Sequence record: SRR20825006_999
DNA: 31,288 bases
Reading direction: 5' to 3' (one strand)
Below the pieces are notes generated by a model. It did no database searches. It saw only the letters and a program-made list of their open reading frames with translations, and had not been told where the DNA came from. Below are positions 18,043 through 27,033 of this stretch, in pieces. How positions within the stretch are numbered: position 1 is the stretch's first letter; every line of letters starts with the position of its first letter. The translations under genes and the position numbers were made by a program.

Positions 18043-19179
18043 ATGTCAGACGAAAAAAAAAGTATCATTTATCAACGCACCAAAGAATATGGGAAACAAC
18101 TTTGGGACCTAGTTCAAGGTAGAGTTGATCAACTACAAAATGTAGAAGATATTAAAGTAGAAAGAACCCCTCCTTTGAGATCAACATCAGAACACCCCGT
18201 TCTTTTAAAGCTTCTTTTTCTTTTTCCCTATTTACTAGCTATTACCTTTTCCATCTCCTTCTTCTGGGATTTTGATAACCTAGAAACTACCATCTTTGAT
18301 TATAATGTTACGTATGATGGATTACTTCGAATTTTAAGTATCAGTGGTCTGATTGGTTTTCTTACAAATTGGTTAGCTATTACCATGTTATTTAAGCCAA
18401 CCAAACCTCGTCCAATTTTTGGGCAAGGACTAGTTCCAGCTCAAAAAGAACGTATTTCATATCGTTTAGCAGCTGCTGTTTCTGAAGATTTAATCAATCC
18501 AGAAATCATTAAACAGAAGATTCAAGAATCTCAGGCAATCTCAAAGTATAGAGAAATTGCAACTCAGTACATTCGAAATGTTATTGATGACCCTGATTTT
18601 AGATCCGGAGTTAAAACACTTGCTATAGATTACGTTGATGAAATGGTAGCGCAGCCCGAAGTACGTGCTATGATTGCGAAATCTATCATCGAACAAATTG
18701 AAAATAACCTGGAAGACAATTCCTTCGAAAAAGTAGCCCTTAAAGCGTACAGCTTTATAAAAGGACAACAGATGCAGCATCTAGTTGAAGATGCTCTTAC
18801 AAAGCTACCTGATGGTGTTGAAAAAGGATTAGATAAACTAGATCTGTTCCTCGATAATCTACCAGATAAAATTAATGAGAATAGCGATACCATTGAAAAC
18901 GTAGTTACTTCATTGCTCTATAAATTGATTAATCAATTAGATGTACATGCTTTAGTTGAAGATAACTTGCGCCAGTACGACGAACAGCGACTAGAAAAAT
19001 TGATTAAAAATGCCAGTAATGACCAGCTCCAATACATTCAATTTTTAGGTGCCGTACTTGGTACTTTTGGTGGTTTTGTAATTTGGAAACCATTAGCAAG
19101 CCTCGTATTGTTGGTTATTGTAATTTCAGTAACATTTGGGCTAGATTCTTTACTATATCATTTCAATAAGAGTAAATAA
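18043..19179 (+). CDS. DUF445 family membrane protein (YheB-like)
   Basis: GLIGFLTNWLAITMLFKP, QGLVP, C-terminal LQYIQFLGAVLG. Confidence 0.88.
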   Translation: MSDEKKSIIYQRTKEYGKQLWDLVQGRVDQLQNVEDIKVERTPPLRSTSEHPVLLKLLFLFPYLLAITFSISFFWDFDNLETTIFDYNVTYDGLLRILSISGLIGFLTNWLAITMLFKPTKPRPIFGQGLVPAQKERISYRLAAAVSEDLINPEIIKQKIQESQAISKYREIATQYIRNVIDDPDFRSGVKTLAIDYVDEMVAQPEVRAMIAKSIIEQIENNLEDNSFEKVALKAYSFIKGQQMQHLVEDALTKLPDGVEKGLDKLDLFLDNLPDKINENSDTIENVVTSLLYKLINQLDVHALVEDNLRQYDEQRLEKLIKNASNDQLQYIQFLGAVLGTFGGFVIWKPLASLVLLVIVISVTFGLDSLLYHFNKSK

Positions 19180-19227
19180 TAGTTGATAAGCCCTTTAAAG
19201 CTTTTATGAACTAAGAAATTTTCTAAC

Positions 19228-20889
19228 ATGAATACCTTTCGTTTATTATTTCTAGCAGCCTTACTTACAATGGCTTGCTCCTCAACTAAGAACACAGCAA
19301 CTTCTTCTACTTCGACCAAGTCAGATTCCAATGTTTCTAGTGAAATAGAAACCATTATTAAAGCAGCTGAGGCAGATAAGAATTGGCATTTAGAATCCAT
19401 TTCCAATACTGATTATTACGGAACAGAAACAGACAGAGCTTACGCTGAACTGCTAATTGATAAAACTCCAACTAAGAAAGTAATAGTTGCTGTAATTGAT
19501 TCTGGAACGGATATTAAACACGAAGATCTTGCTCAAAATATATGGGTAAACGAAAACGAAATTCCTGGTAACGGAATTGACGATGACAACAATGGATATG
19601 TTGATGACATCCATGGATGGAATTTTATTGGCGGGAAAAATGGTGACAACGTTAATAAAGATTCTTATGAAGTAAGTAGGCTTTTTAAAGAGCTTTCTGC
19701 AAAATACGCTGATAGTAGTTCTTCAGAGATATCAAATAATGAAGAGTATGCACTTTATCTAACAGTGAAAGACGAGTATTCAACAAAGCGTGAAGTTGCT
19801 CAAAAAAACTTTGAGCAACTTACACAAGTACAACAAGCAGTAACATGGGCTAAAACTCAACTTAAAATATCTTCTTTAGATTCTGTTGACAATAAAAAAA
19901 TGAAAGTTAACAAGTACGACTCACCAATGATTCGTCAAGCTAAAGAAATTACTACTTTCTTTACCGACCAAGGCATCAATGAAGAGATGATAGATAGTGA
20001 GTATAATCTTTATAAAGGCCAAGTCGAGTATTCTTATAATATAGAATTTGACCCTCGCTATATTGTTGGAGATAACTATCAAAACCTCACAAACCGATAT
20101 TACGGAAATAGCGACGTTACAGGCCCAAGAAGTGATCATGGAACACACGTAGCAGGAATTATTGGCGCTATAAGAAATAATGAGCTAGGTATGGATGGCA
20201 TTGCTAGCAATATTTCTCTTATGATAATTAGAACAGTTCCTGATGGCGACGAGAGGGACAAAGACGTAGCGAATGCTGTTCGTTATGCCGTAGAAAACGG
20301 TGCTAATGTAATAAATATGAGCTTCGGAAAAGGTTATTCTCCCCAAAAAGAATATGTAGATAGTGCTTTCAAGTTTGCTGATGAACAAGGAGTTCTTGTT
20401 ATCCATAGTGCAGGTAATGATGGGAACAATATCGATAGCCTGTTCACCTATCCCAACAAGTTCTATACTGATGGTGGTTGGTCTAATAATTTTATTACAG
20501 TTGGGGCTTCATCTTGGAAAGCTCCCTCCGATTCAAGCCTTGCCGCTTCATTTAGTAATTATGGAAAAACAGTAGATATTTTTGCTCCAGGTGTTGATGT
20601 GTACTCAACCTATCCAAATAATGAGTATGAAAAAGCAAGTGGAACTAGTATGGCAGGTCCTGTAGTTTCTGGTGTTGCAGCACTTATTATGTCGTATTAC
20701 CCAGAATTAACTGCAAGCGATGTAAAGGAAATATTGCTTCAGTCGTCAACAAAAATCACCAATACTTTAGTATATAAACCTGGTAGTAAGGATGTTGTAG
20801 ATTTCTCTTCTTTATCTGCCACTGGTGGAATTGTAAATGCCTTTGAAGCGTTGAAGCTTGCACAAACCAAAGCAATAGGAATGAACTAA
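19228..20889 (+). CDS. S8 family subtilisin-like serine protease, lipoprotein
   Basis: Lipobox LTMAC. Catalytic motifs VAVIDSG, HGTHVAG and SGTSMA; oxyanion motif SAGND. Confidence 0.95.
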   Translation: MNTFRLLFLAALLTMACSSTKNTATSSTSTKSDSNVSSEIETIIKAAEADKNWHLESISNTDYYGTETDRAYAELLIDKTPTKKVIVAVIDSGTDIKHEDLAQNIWVNENEIPGNGIDDDNNGYVDDIHGWNFIGGKNGDNVNKDSYEVSRLFKELSAKYADSSSSEISNNEEYALYLTVKDEYSTKREVAQKNFEQLTQVQQAVTWAKTQLKISSLDSVDNKKMKVNKYDSPMIRQAKEITTFFTDQGINEEMIDSEYNLYKGQVEYSYNIEFDPRYIVGDNYQNLTNRYYGNSDVTGPRSDHGTHVAGIIGAIRNNELGMDGIASNISLMIIRTVPDGDERDKDVANAVRYAVENGANVINMSFGKGYSPQKEYVDSAFKFADEQGVLVIHSAGNDGNNIDSLFTYPNKFYTDGGWSNNFITVGASSWKAPSDSSLAASFSNYGKTVDIFAPGVDVYSTYPNNEYEKASGTSMAGPVVSGVAALIMSYYPELTASDVKEILLQSSTKITNTLVYKPGSKDVVDFSSLSATGGIVNAFEALKLAQTKAIGMN

Positions 20890-20897
20890 TTTTGCCA

Positions 20898-22331
20898 ATG
20901 TCCGATAGTAGTTACGATGCTTATGTAATAGGTTCTGGGCCAAATGGTTTAGCTGCTGCTATTTCGCTGGCTCAAAAAGGGCTTAAGGTAATTGTTTACG
21001 AAGCTAAAGATTCAATTGGTGGAGGAACTAGAACTAAGGAGCTCACCGAACCTGGGTTTTTTCATGATGTTTGTTCGGCTGTTCATCCTACCGCTGCAGC
21101 ATCGCCCTTTTTTAACACATTACCTTTAGCAGATTATGGCCTTGAATGGATTCACCCAGACTTCCCCATTGCACACCCATTCGATGATGAAGAGCCCGTA
21201 ATTATTGAGCAATCTTTCAATAACACTCTTCAGCGTTTAGGAAAAGATGGAAAGAATTATAATGCCCTATTTAAAGAGCTAATCGATTCGTGGCCGTATT
21301 TAGTAAATGATGTATTTGGCACACTTAGAATGCCAAATCATCCACTTACACTAGCACGCTTTGGCTGGTATGGTATGTTTTCCGCAAAGCATCTATCCAA
21401 CTCTATTTTTAAATCAGAACGTCTCAAAACCTATTTTGCTGGATTAGCTGCTCATAGTATTCTCCCTCTCGAGAATGCTTTCACATCTACGTTTGGCTTG
21501 ATGCTGGGAATCACAGCGCACTCTGTGGGTTGGCCAATTGCTAAAGGCGGTTCTAAAAGTATTACAGATGCTCTCGCTGCACATTTCGTTTCTCTAGGAG
21601 GAACCATCGAAGTTAATCGCCATATCGAATCTCTTGATGACATTCCGAAAGACAAACCCGTTTTATTCGACCTAACCCCTCGTCAAATAGTAGAAATTGC
21701 TGGAAAGCGAATACCCGACTCTATTCGATCAAAGCTCAAAAAATATACGTATGGCCCCGGTGTTTTTAAGATGGACTTTGCCCTTTCTGAGCAAGTTCCT
21801 TGGACGGCCCCTGAATGTAGAAAAGCTGGAACTTTGCATCTCGGTGGAAATTTTGCTGAAATTGCACGTTCTGAGAGCGATATATGGAAAGGAAAACATA
21901 ACGATAGTCCATATGTTCTAATCTCTCAACCAAGTATTTTTGATAGCACCAGAGCTCCCAAAGGCAAACATACTCTTTGGGCTTATTGTCACGTACCAGC
22001 AGAAAGTACACAGAACATGACAACTGAGATAGAAAACCAAATTGAGCGCTTTGCACCTGGTTTTAGAGAAACTATAATTTCTAAAGCGGTAATGAATACT
22101 ACTGACTCCGAAAAATACAACCCCAATTACATTGGAGGCGATATTAATGGTGGAGCTCAGTTTGTAAAACAACTTTTCGGACGCCCACTACTAAAATGGA
22201 ATCCTTACAAACTAGGTGATGACGGAATTTATATTTGTTCCTCTTCCACTCCTCCTGGTGGCGGAGTTCACGGTATGGCAGGTTTTAACGCCGCACAAAC
22301 AGTACTTAAAAACGAATTTAAAGACCTTTAG
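20898..22331 (+). CDS. FAD-dependent oxidoreductase, phytoene dehydrogenase-like (COG1233)
   Basis: VIGSGPNGL Rossmann motif, HDVCSAVHP, C-terminal STPPGGGVHGMAG. ATG 20898 (or TTG 20892). Confidence 0.88.
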   Translation: MSDSSYDAYVIGSGPNGLAAAISLAQKGLKVIVYEAKDSIGGGTRTKELTEPGFFHDVCSAVHPTAAASPFFNTLPLADYGLEWIHPDFPIAHPFDDEEPVIIEQSFNNTLQRLGKDGKNYNALFKELIDSWPYLVNDVFGTLRMPNHPLTLARFGWYGMFSAKHLSNSIFKSERLKTYFAGLAAHSILPLENAFTSTFGLMLGITAHSVGWPIAKGGSKSITDALAAHFVSLGGTIEVNRHIESLDDIPKDKPVLFDLTPRQIVEIAGKRIPDSIRSKLKKYTYGPGVFKMDFALSEQVPWTAPECRKAGTLHLGGNFAEIARSESDIWKGKHNDSPYVLISQPSIFDSTRAPKGKHTLWAYCHVPAESTQNMTTEIENQIERFAPGFRETIISKAVMNTTDSEKYNPNYIGGDINGGAQFVKQLFGRPLLKWNPYKLGDDGIYICSSSTPPGGGVHGMAGFNAAQTVLKNEFKDL

Positions 22332-22341
22332 CTACCTTTAA

Positions 22342-22677
22342 TTATTTATCAAATTCCGCACGATGGTTTTCTGGATCTAGAAAACGAAGAGTTTCCCATC
22401 TATACATTCCACTGTCATGCCCATCTGACCACACAATTTGAATAGCGTGATTTCCAATAGTATTGATGTTGCGAATATGAATATGTTCTGGATCTTTGGC
22501 AAAGAATACTGAAGGATCAAAGTCTCCCATACTAGCATGACCGCCTCTACAAATCACACAGGGGCAATTTATACGTAATCCTCGCAACGGATAGATAGAT
22601 TTCTTTTCGTCCGACCAAGTAATTTCGAGTTGTTGATCGCCATTACTTACTTCAATTCCCGTAGGATAAATTTCCAT
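22342..22677 (-). CDS. DUF971 / GBBH-like N-terminal domain protein
   Basis: LEITWSD, LRINCPCVIC, GNHAIQIVWSDGHDSGMY. Confidence 0.88.
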   Translation of the reverse strand: MEIYPTGIEVSNGDQQLEITWSDEKKSIYPLRGLRINCPCVICRGGHASMGDFDPSVFFAKDPEHIHIRNINTIGNHAIQIVWSDGHDSGMYRWETLRFLDPENHRAEFDK

Positions 22678-22719
22678 ATTTTCGGTTTACTTATGCTAAT
22701 TTTATGCTGAAATTAAGAA

Positions 22720-23403
22720 ATGATTTGGACTATTATCTCTGCCATTATAGTATTCTCTTTCGGTCTGTGGTTTGGCAACAAAAAAACACTCCACTTAGAT
22801 CAAATAACTCTTAGAGTGTGTCTAGTTTTTAGCACTATTCTACTCGCCCTATTTCTAGTTCTTCGTTTACTTAATGATATAGGATTATTCCCTGAAGCTA
22901 TTGCTGGTGCTTTTATGGCTTCGATCTACGCTCTTGTTGCAGGATTCTTGATTGGCAATTCCTACGGCCAATATAACAGCAAGCTAGAATTGGGCGTCAT
23001 TGAGTATGTAAATCGGAGTTTTGCAGCAGACACTCTTCCTAATTTGATAGCATTAACACTGATTATTGCAGGAATTGCGCGTACTTCTATTTTTAACGAT
23101 TTAGCAATCACTCCAATTCGGTTTGCATCAGGCCTTTCCATCGTTGGTTTAGGGTTCTTAGGATTAACCCTTCGTTTAACGCCAGAATTTCGACGAAAAG
23201 GAATTGTATTGATTGATCGCCATGTTTTATGGAAAGACTTCATTTCCTACAAATGGTGTGATGAAAATGTACTAGAAATTGAATTTTTGTATAGCGATGT
23301 TCTAACAAGCTATCGCACGGTTATCCCGATGGAAGAAAGAGTAAGAATAGAAGCATTACTCAAAAAAAAGCTAATTGAGAAACTAGAGAAAGAAAGTGAT
23401 TAA
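22720..23403 (+). CDS. Hypothetical membrane protein (about 5 TM plus a C-terminal DUF5673/PH-like domain)
   Basis: Hydrophobic N-terminal two thirds, then EFRRKGI...VLWKDFISYKW. Confidence 0.65.
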   Translation: MIWTIISAIIVFSFGLWFGNKKTLHLDQITLRVCLVFSTILLALFLVLRLLNDIGLFPEAIAGAFMASIYALVAGFLIGNSYGQYNSKLELGVIEYVNRSFAADTLPNLIALTLIIAGIARTSIFNDLAITPIRFASGLSIVGLGFLGLTLRLTPEFRRKGIVLIDRHVLWKDFISYKWCDENVLEIEFLYSDVLTSYRTVIPMEERVRIEALLKKKLIEKLEKESD

Positions 23404-23468
23404 TCATTAGTGGTTAATTTCTTATTTTAGGATTCCATTTTTTGCAACCAAAAAAGAAATAAGTAGTC

Positions 23469-23957
23469 ATGCCATCATTAGACATTGTAAACGAGATCGA
23501 CAATCAAGAAGTAGATAACGCGGTTAACAACACCACTAAAGAAATCACTACACGGTACGATTTTCGTGGGCTTCATTCTGAAGTAACCTATCACGACAAA
23601 GATAAACGTATTCATATTGTGGCAGCTGAAAGCATGAAAATGCAAGCTATAAAAGAAATGCTGATTAAGAATTTTGTGAAACGTGGAATTGACTCAAAAG
23701 TACTAGAGTTTGGTGATGAAGAAGGCACTTCTCAAGGTCATTTAAAGATGGATGTTCAGCTTAAAGAAGGCATTGACAGAGAAACAGCAAAGAAGATTGT
23801 GAAGGAGATTAAAGAAACTAAGCTAAAAGTTCAGCCTCAAATTCAAGACGATCAAGTTCGCGTGACTGGCAAAAAGATTGATGATCTTCAAGCAGTAATG
23901 GCTCACTTAAAAGGCAAAGATATGGGTGTTCCTTTGCAGTTTACCAACATGAAATAA
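23469..23957 (+). CDS. yajQ: YajQ family nucleotide / c-di-GMP-binding protein
   Basis: MPSLDIV, EVDNAVN, RYDFRG, QVRVTGKKIDDLQ, PLQFTN. Confidence 0.95.
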   Translation: MPSLDIVNEIDNQEVDNAVNNTTKEITTRYDFRGLHSEVTYHDKDKRIHIVAAESMKMQAIKEMLIKNFVKRGIDSKVLEFGDEEGTSQGHLKMDVQLKEGIDRETAKKIVKEIKETKLKVQPQIQDDQVRVTGKKIDDLQAVMAHLKGKDMGVPLQFTNMK

Positions 23958-23979
23958 ATTAGACTTATAGTATTTATCT

Positions 23980-24022
23980 AGCTACGAGAGTAACTTTTTT
24001 CATTACTTCTCGTAGTTATTTT
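23980..24022 (+). terminator. Terminator after yajQ
   Basis: Stem CTACGAGA-GTAA / TTAC-T-TCTCGTAG followed by TTATTTT. Confidence 0.6.
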
Positions 24023-24064
24023 AATGCACTTCTATTAAGTATTAATTTATAAACGACTGCAAAA

Positions 24065-24247
24065 ATGAAAAATCGATTTTCTAAAGATACAATTCTATTA
24101 GTAGTTGGATTAAGTATTCTTGTTCTCACTCAAATAGCTTCATACTACTTAACTTTGTCTGATTTACTTAATGGTACATTTCTAGGCATTGGCATTGGCG
24201 TTCTTGCTATCTCTCTACTTTATAATAGACGCAAGCCTGCATACTAG
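24065..24247 (+). CDS. Small 2-TM membrane protein
   Basis: 60 aa, two hydrophobic helices, GxGxG stretch, basic termini. Confidence 0.6.
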   Translation: MKNRFSKDTILLVVGLSILVLTQIASYYLTLSDLLNGTFLGIGIGVLAISLLYNRRKPAY

Positions 24248-24447
24248 AATCTTGTAACTACTTATGAGTTATACTAGAGTATGGCGCATTATAAGTAGTT
24301 TCGAAGATATTTTTGCTTCTACTCAAGACTGATATAGCACAAAATATCTAGGTTTGTAATACCTACTATTGTTGGAGATATTCCTTATCAGTATTACCTC
24401 CAAATCTTACAAAAACATATTATTGCAATAACGTCTAATAATTGAAT

Positions 24448-24888
24448 ATGACTCTTTCGGACTATATCAAAAAACGAAATGGTGTTTCAATTGGCAGTCC
24501 TAATGCGTTAAGAAATAATCTGTACCGATCATTAGGTTCAAAGAACTTCCCCACCTTTTGGAACTACTGGAATCCGATATTTGGATATTATCTAGGTAAA
24601 TTCATCTTCAAGCCTCTAAAGAAAGTCCTACCCCCATCCATTTCGGTGATTGTTACCTTCATTTTTTGTGGCATGCTACACGATACTGTTACAACTCTCC
24701 TTCGAGCAGATGTATCCATATTCTTTTCAATCTGGTTTTTGTTTATGGGATTAGCTGTTTTGATAACTAGATTTCTAAATCACAATTTCTCAAAACAAAT
24801 ATGGATAACAAGAGCTAGCATAAATTTGAGTATAATTAGTGTGTGTTTAGTTTTGACCATCTATGTTAACGATTGGTTTTTAAACTAA
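24448..24888 (+). CDS. Short MBOAT-like acyltransferase domain protein
   Basis: FPTFWNYWNP and TFIFCGMLHD resemble the MBOAT W-x-x-W-N and active-site His motifs. Confidence 0.65.
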   Translation: MTLSDYIKKRNGVSIGSPNALRNNLYRSLGSKNFPTFWNYWNPIFGYYLGKFIFKPLKKVLPPSISVIVTFIFCGMLHDTVTTLLRADVSIFFSIWFLFMGLAVLITRFLNHNFSKQIWITRASINLSIISVCLVLTIYVNDWFLN

Positions 24889-24937
24889 CCGAGCAATTTA
24901 ATTAGTCGAAAAACCAACTACTTAAGTGATATCAATT

Positions 24938-25561
24938 ATGAAAAACTTGTTCTTTCTGATTCTAATCTGCTTTATATCTTCATCATTATATGCACAAGTG
25001 GAGCAACCAACGGACATACAATTGGACTCGTTGAAAACAAAACTCGAAACCCTTTTGATGGAAGACCAGCTGTTTCGAAGATTGTATCTAGATGCTGAGG
25101 AGAAATTCGGTCAAACTTCGCCTGAGATGGACTACTTCTGGAAAGTAGTTGAAGAACAAGATGACCGGATAGAGAAAGAACTGGTTGTCATTCTAGAGCG
25201 TTATGGTTGGCTAGGTATCAGTGATGTAGGGAGACGTGCCAATGCAGCGATTTGGAGCGTTACTCAGCATAGCTCTATTGAATTTAAAGAAAAGTACGCA
25301 CCTTTAATGAAGGAATCGGTGTTAAAGGGTGAGTCGCAACCTTTGCAATATGCTCGATTAATCGACAGAATGTTTGTTAATGCTAACAAACCACAAGTCT
25401 ACGGTTCTCAAACAACTCAAGATGAAGATGGCAATCCAATATTCTTTGAAATAATAAACCCCGAATACATCAACAGTAGAAGAAAAGAAATTGGTTTAGG
25501 AGAGATAGAAAGCTTTGCAAAAGAAAGAGACATTGAGTGGCATATCATTCAGATTAAATAA
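24938..25561 (+). CDS. DUF6624 family exported protein
   Basis: Signal peptide; DQLFR, YGWLG, QHS, YARLIDR, PQVYGSQ, RRKEIGL. Confidence 0.8.
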   Translation: MKNLFFLILICFISSSLYAQVEQPTDIQLDSLKTKLETLLMEDQLFRRLYLDAEEKFGQTSPEMDYFWKVVEEQDDRIEKELVVILERYGWLGISDVGRRANAAIWSVTQHSSIEFKEKYAPLMKESVLKGESQPLQYARLIDRMFVNANKPQVYGSQTTQDEDGNPIFFEIINPEYINSRRKEIGLGEIESFAKERDIEWHIIQIK

Positions 25562-25890
25562 CATGATGAGCTTTGTTCGTTGTTATTTATTAAATGGGGT
25601 TCTAGTTCATTAATTCAAAAAATGAACAATTAAGTCAGCCATCTATTTTTAAAATTTCTATTTTAAAACCCAAGATAATTGGCTTTTTAGAATACGAGAG
25701 ATTGTTCACTCTCCTGTCTCCTAATCTACAATATCGTTAATCGATTAACTGGTTTAGAATTAGAAAAACCCTCAAGGGATAATCAAACTATAAATAAAAA
25801 ACTCGCCGACGAGTATTGTGATTCCCTGTTCTCGCCTACTCTAATACACTGTTCAAAACGATACGATTCAATCAAGAGATATTTTCCATA

Positions 25891-26454
25891 ATGAAGACTC
25901 ACAAAGCCATTAGGTTTGTAATGGTAGCCACTTTCTTATTAATGCAAATTGCATTTCTAACGATTATAATTAAAGATAACTATGAGACGGAAGCCTTTTC
26001 GACAATCATATTAACACTACTAATCACGCTTACTATGCTCATTGGGTACAGGTATTTAGACTTGCATCACGAAGAGTATTCTTATGAGAATATTTTTGTT
26101 GTAATGTGGGTTCCAATAGGAGCTGTCGTTTGTTATCTAATGAGTGTTTATGGTGGTTTAGGGAGTGTTTTTTCTGCTGGGATTACAGGAACTTTAGCTT
26201 CGTTTTTACCAAACTTAAATAAAGAATCAGACTACTTAAAGCAGCTACCCGCTTCTATTTACTGTGGAGTATTCATAGGAATGTCGAGCGTTGAAATTTC
26301 ACCTTCTATTGGTTTTGTAATTGCGGCTGGGATTTTTGCAAGTGTGTTTCTAATGCTATCAAAGAACTTATTTCTAGGTATCGGGGGAAAGCTTGGATCA
26401 GTTGCTTTTGTAGGTGTGGTCATTGTCTCTTTAATTAGTACGCTTTCTAAATGA
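25891..26454 (+). CDS. Uncharacterised membrane protein (GGKLG motif), partner A
   Basis: Multi-TM; IYCGVFIGMSS and FLGIGGKLG. ATGA overlap with the next gene. Confidence 0.75.
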   Translation: MKTHKAIRFVMVATFLLMQIAFLTIIIKDNYETEAFSTIILTLLITLTMLIGYRYLDLHHEEYSYENIFVVMWVPIGAVVCYLMSVYGGLGSVFSAGITGTLASFLPNLNKESDYLKQLPASIYCGVFIGMSSVEISPSIGFVIAAGIFASVFLMLSKNLFLGIGGKLGSVAFVGVVIVSLISTLSK

Positions 26455-26906
26455 CTAGCTTAACACATAACCTTATCATTATCCTAACAGGTGTTTTAGG
26501 CGCTACACTCACGTTCTATGTTAGCGAAGAGCTTAAGCAAGGGCCAGTTAGAGCTTCAGCTTTGCTTTCGCTCATCGTAGGCTTATTTTTCTATTGCTTT
26601 CCTGATATACTCAGCACTTATCTAACCGTAAATATTCAGATAGTATTTATTGGTACTTCCTTTATTGGGATGGTTTCTTCCCATGCGATGGAAAGTTATA
26701 AACGTTTAGCTGTTGCAGGAAGCCTCTTCAGTATTGTATATATCAATAACAACAATCTCTTTGAAGGTTATGGTGGAGCACTGGGTGCTTTGGCACTAAT
26801 TGCATTATTGGCTACAATGGGAATGTCTACTGCTTTTTCGAAGCGTACCAGAATACCTCATAAACTTATAGAACTCCGAAAATGGATTGTTAGGCAAAAA
26901 GATTAA
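26451..26906 (+). CDS. Uncharacterised membrane protein, paralogous partner B
   Basis: Multi-TM; GPVRASA, GTSFIGMVSS, FEGYGGALG. Confidence 0.75.
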   Translation: MTSLTHNLIIILTGVLGATLTFYVSEELKQGPVRASALLSLIVGLFFYCFPDILSTYLTVNIQIVFIGTSFIGMVSSHAMESYKRLAVAGSLFSIVYINNNNLFEGYGGALGALALIALLATMGMSTAFSKRTRIPHKLIELRKWIVRQKD

Positions 26907-26956
26907 TGAGTAATTTTATCCTGGAATACGAGATTATTAGCCAATAGAAATCGCAT

Positions 26957-26998
26957 TCCATTTTGAAATACTATCTCTTTTATTCATCTTCTTCCCTG
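26957..26998 (+). repeat. 42-bp intergenic promoter-like repeat, copy 1
   Basis: TCCATTTTGAAATActatctcTTTTAtTCATCTTcTtCcCTG; 36/42 identical to copy 3 and 34/42 to copy 2. Confidence 0.85.
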
Positions 26999-27033
26999 CA
27001 TTAACAGCGCTAACAAATTCAACAAAAGTAACG

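Noticed and set aside
20898-22331. Calling the oxidoreductase crtI
   Set aside because: No carotenoid genes nearby, and the motifs fit the broader COG1233 group.
12071-23243. Numerous 60-100 aa nested or antisense ORFs (12071, 12370, 13513, 14174-16392, 18541-19406, 19921-20575, 21452-22172, 22962)
   Set aside because: All overlap longer genes that have clear family motifs or better coding support.
23433-23447. TTCCATTTTTTGCAA upstream of yajQ as a fourth repeat copy
   Set aside because: Only TCCATTTT matches; the TCATCTT and CTG blocks are missing.
23469-23957. YajQ as the c-di-GMP receptor for the Pel-like operon
   Set aside because: About 17 kb away, on the opposite strand, among housekeeping genes; no evidence of linkage.
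25800-25860. ACTCG-CCGA-CGAGT mini-hairpin and downstream TACACTGTT as an attC site or riboswitch
   Set aside because: No proper RYYYAAC / GTTRRRY pair and no riboswitch consensus that I can recognise.
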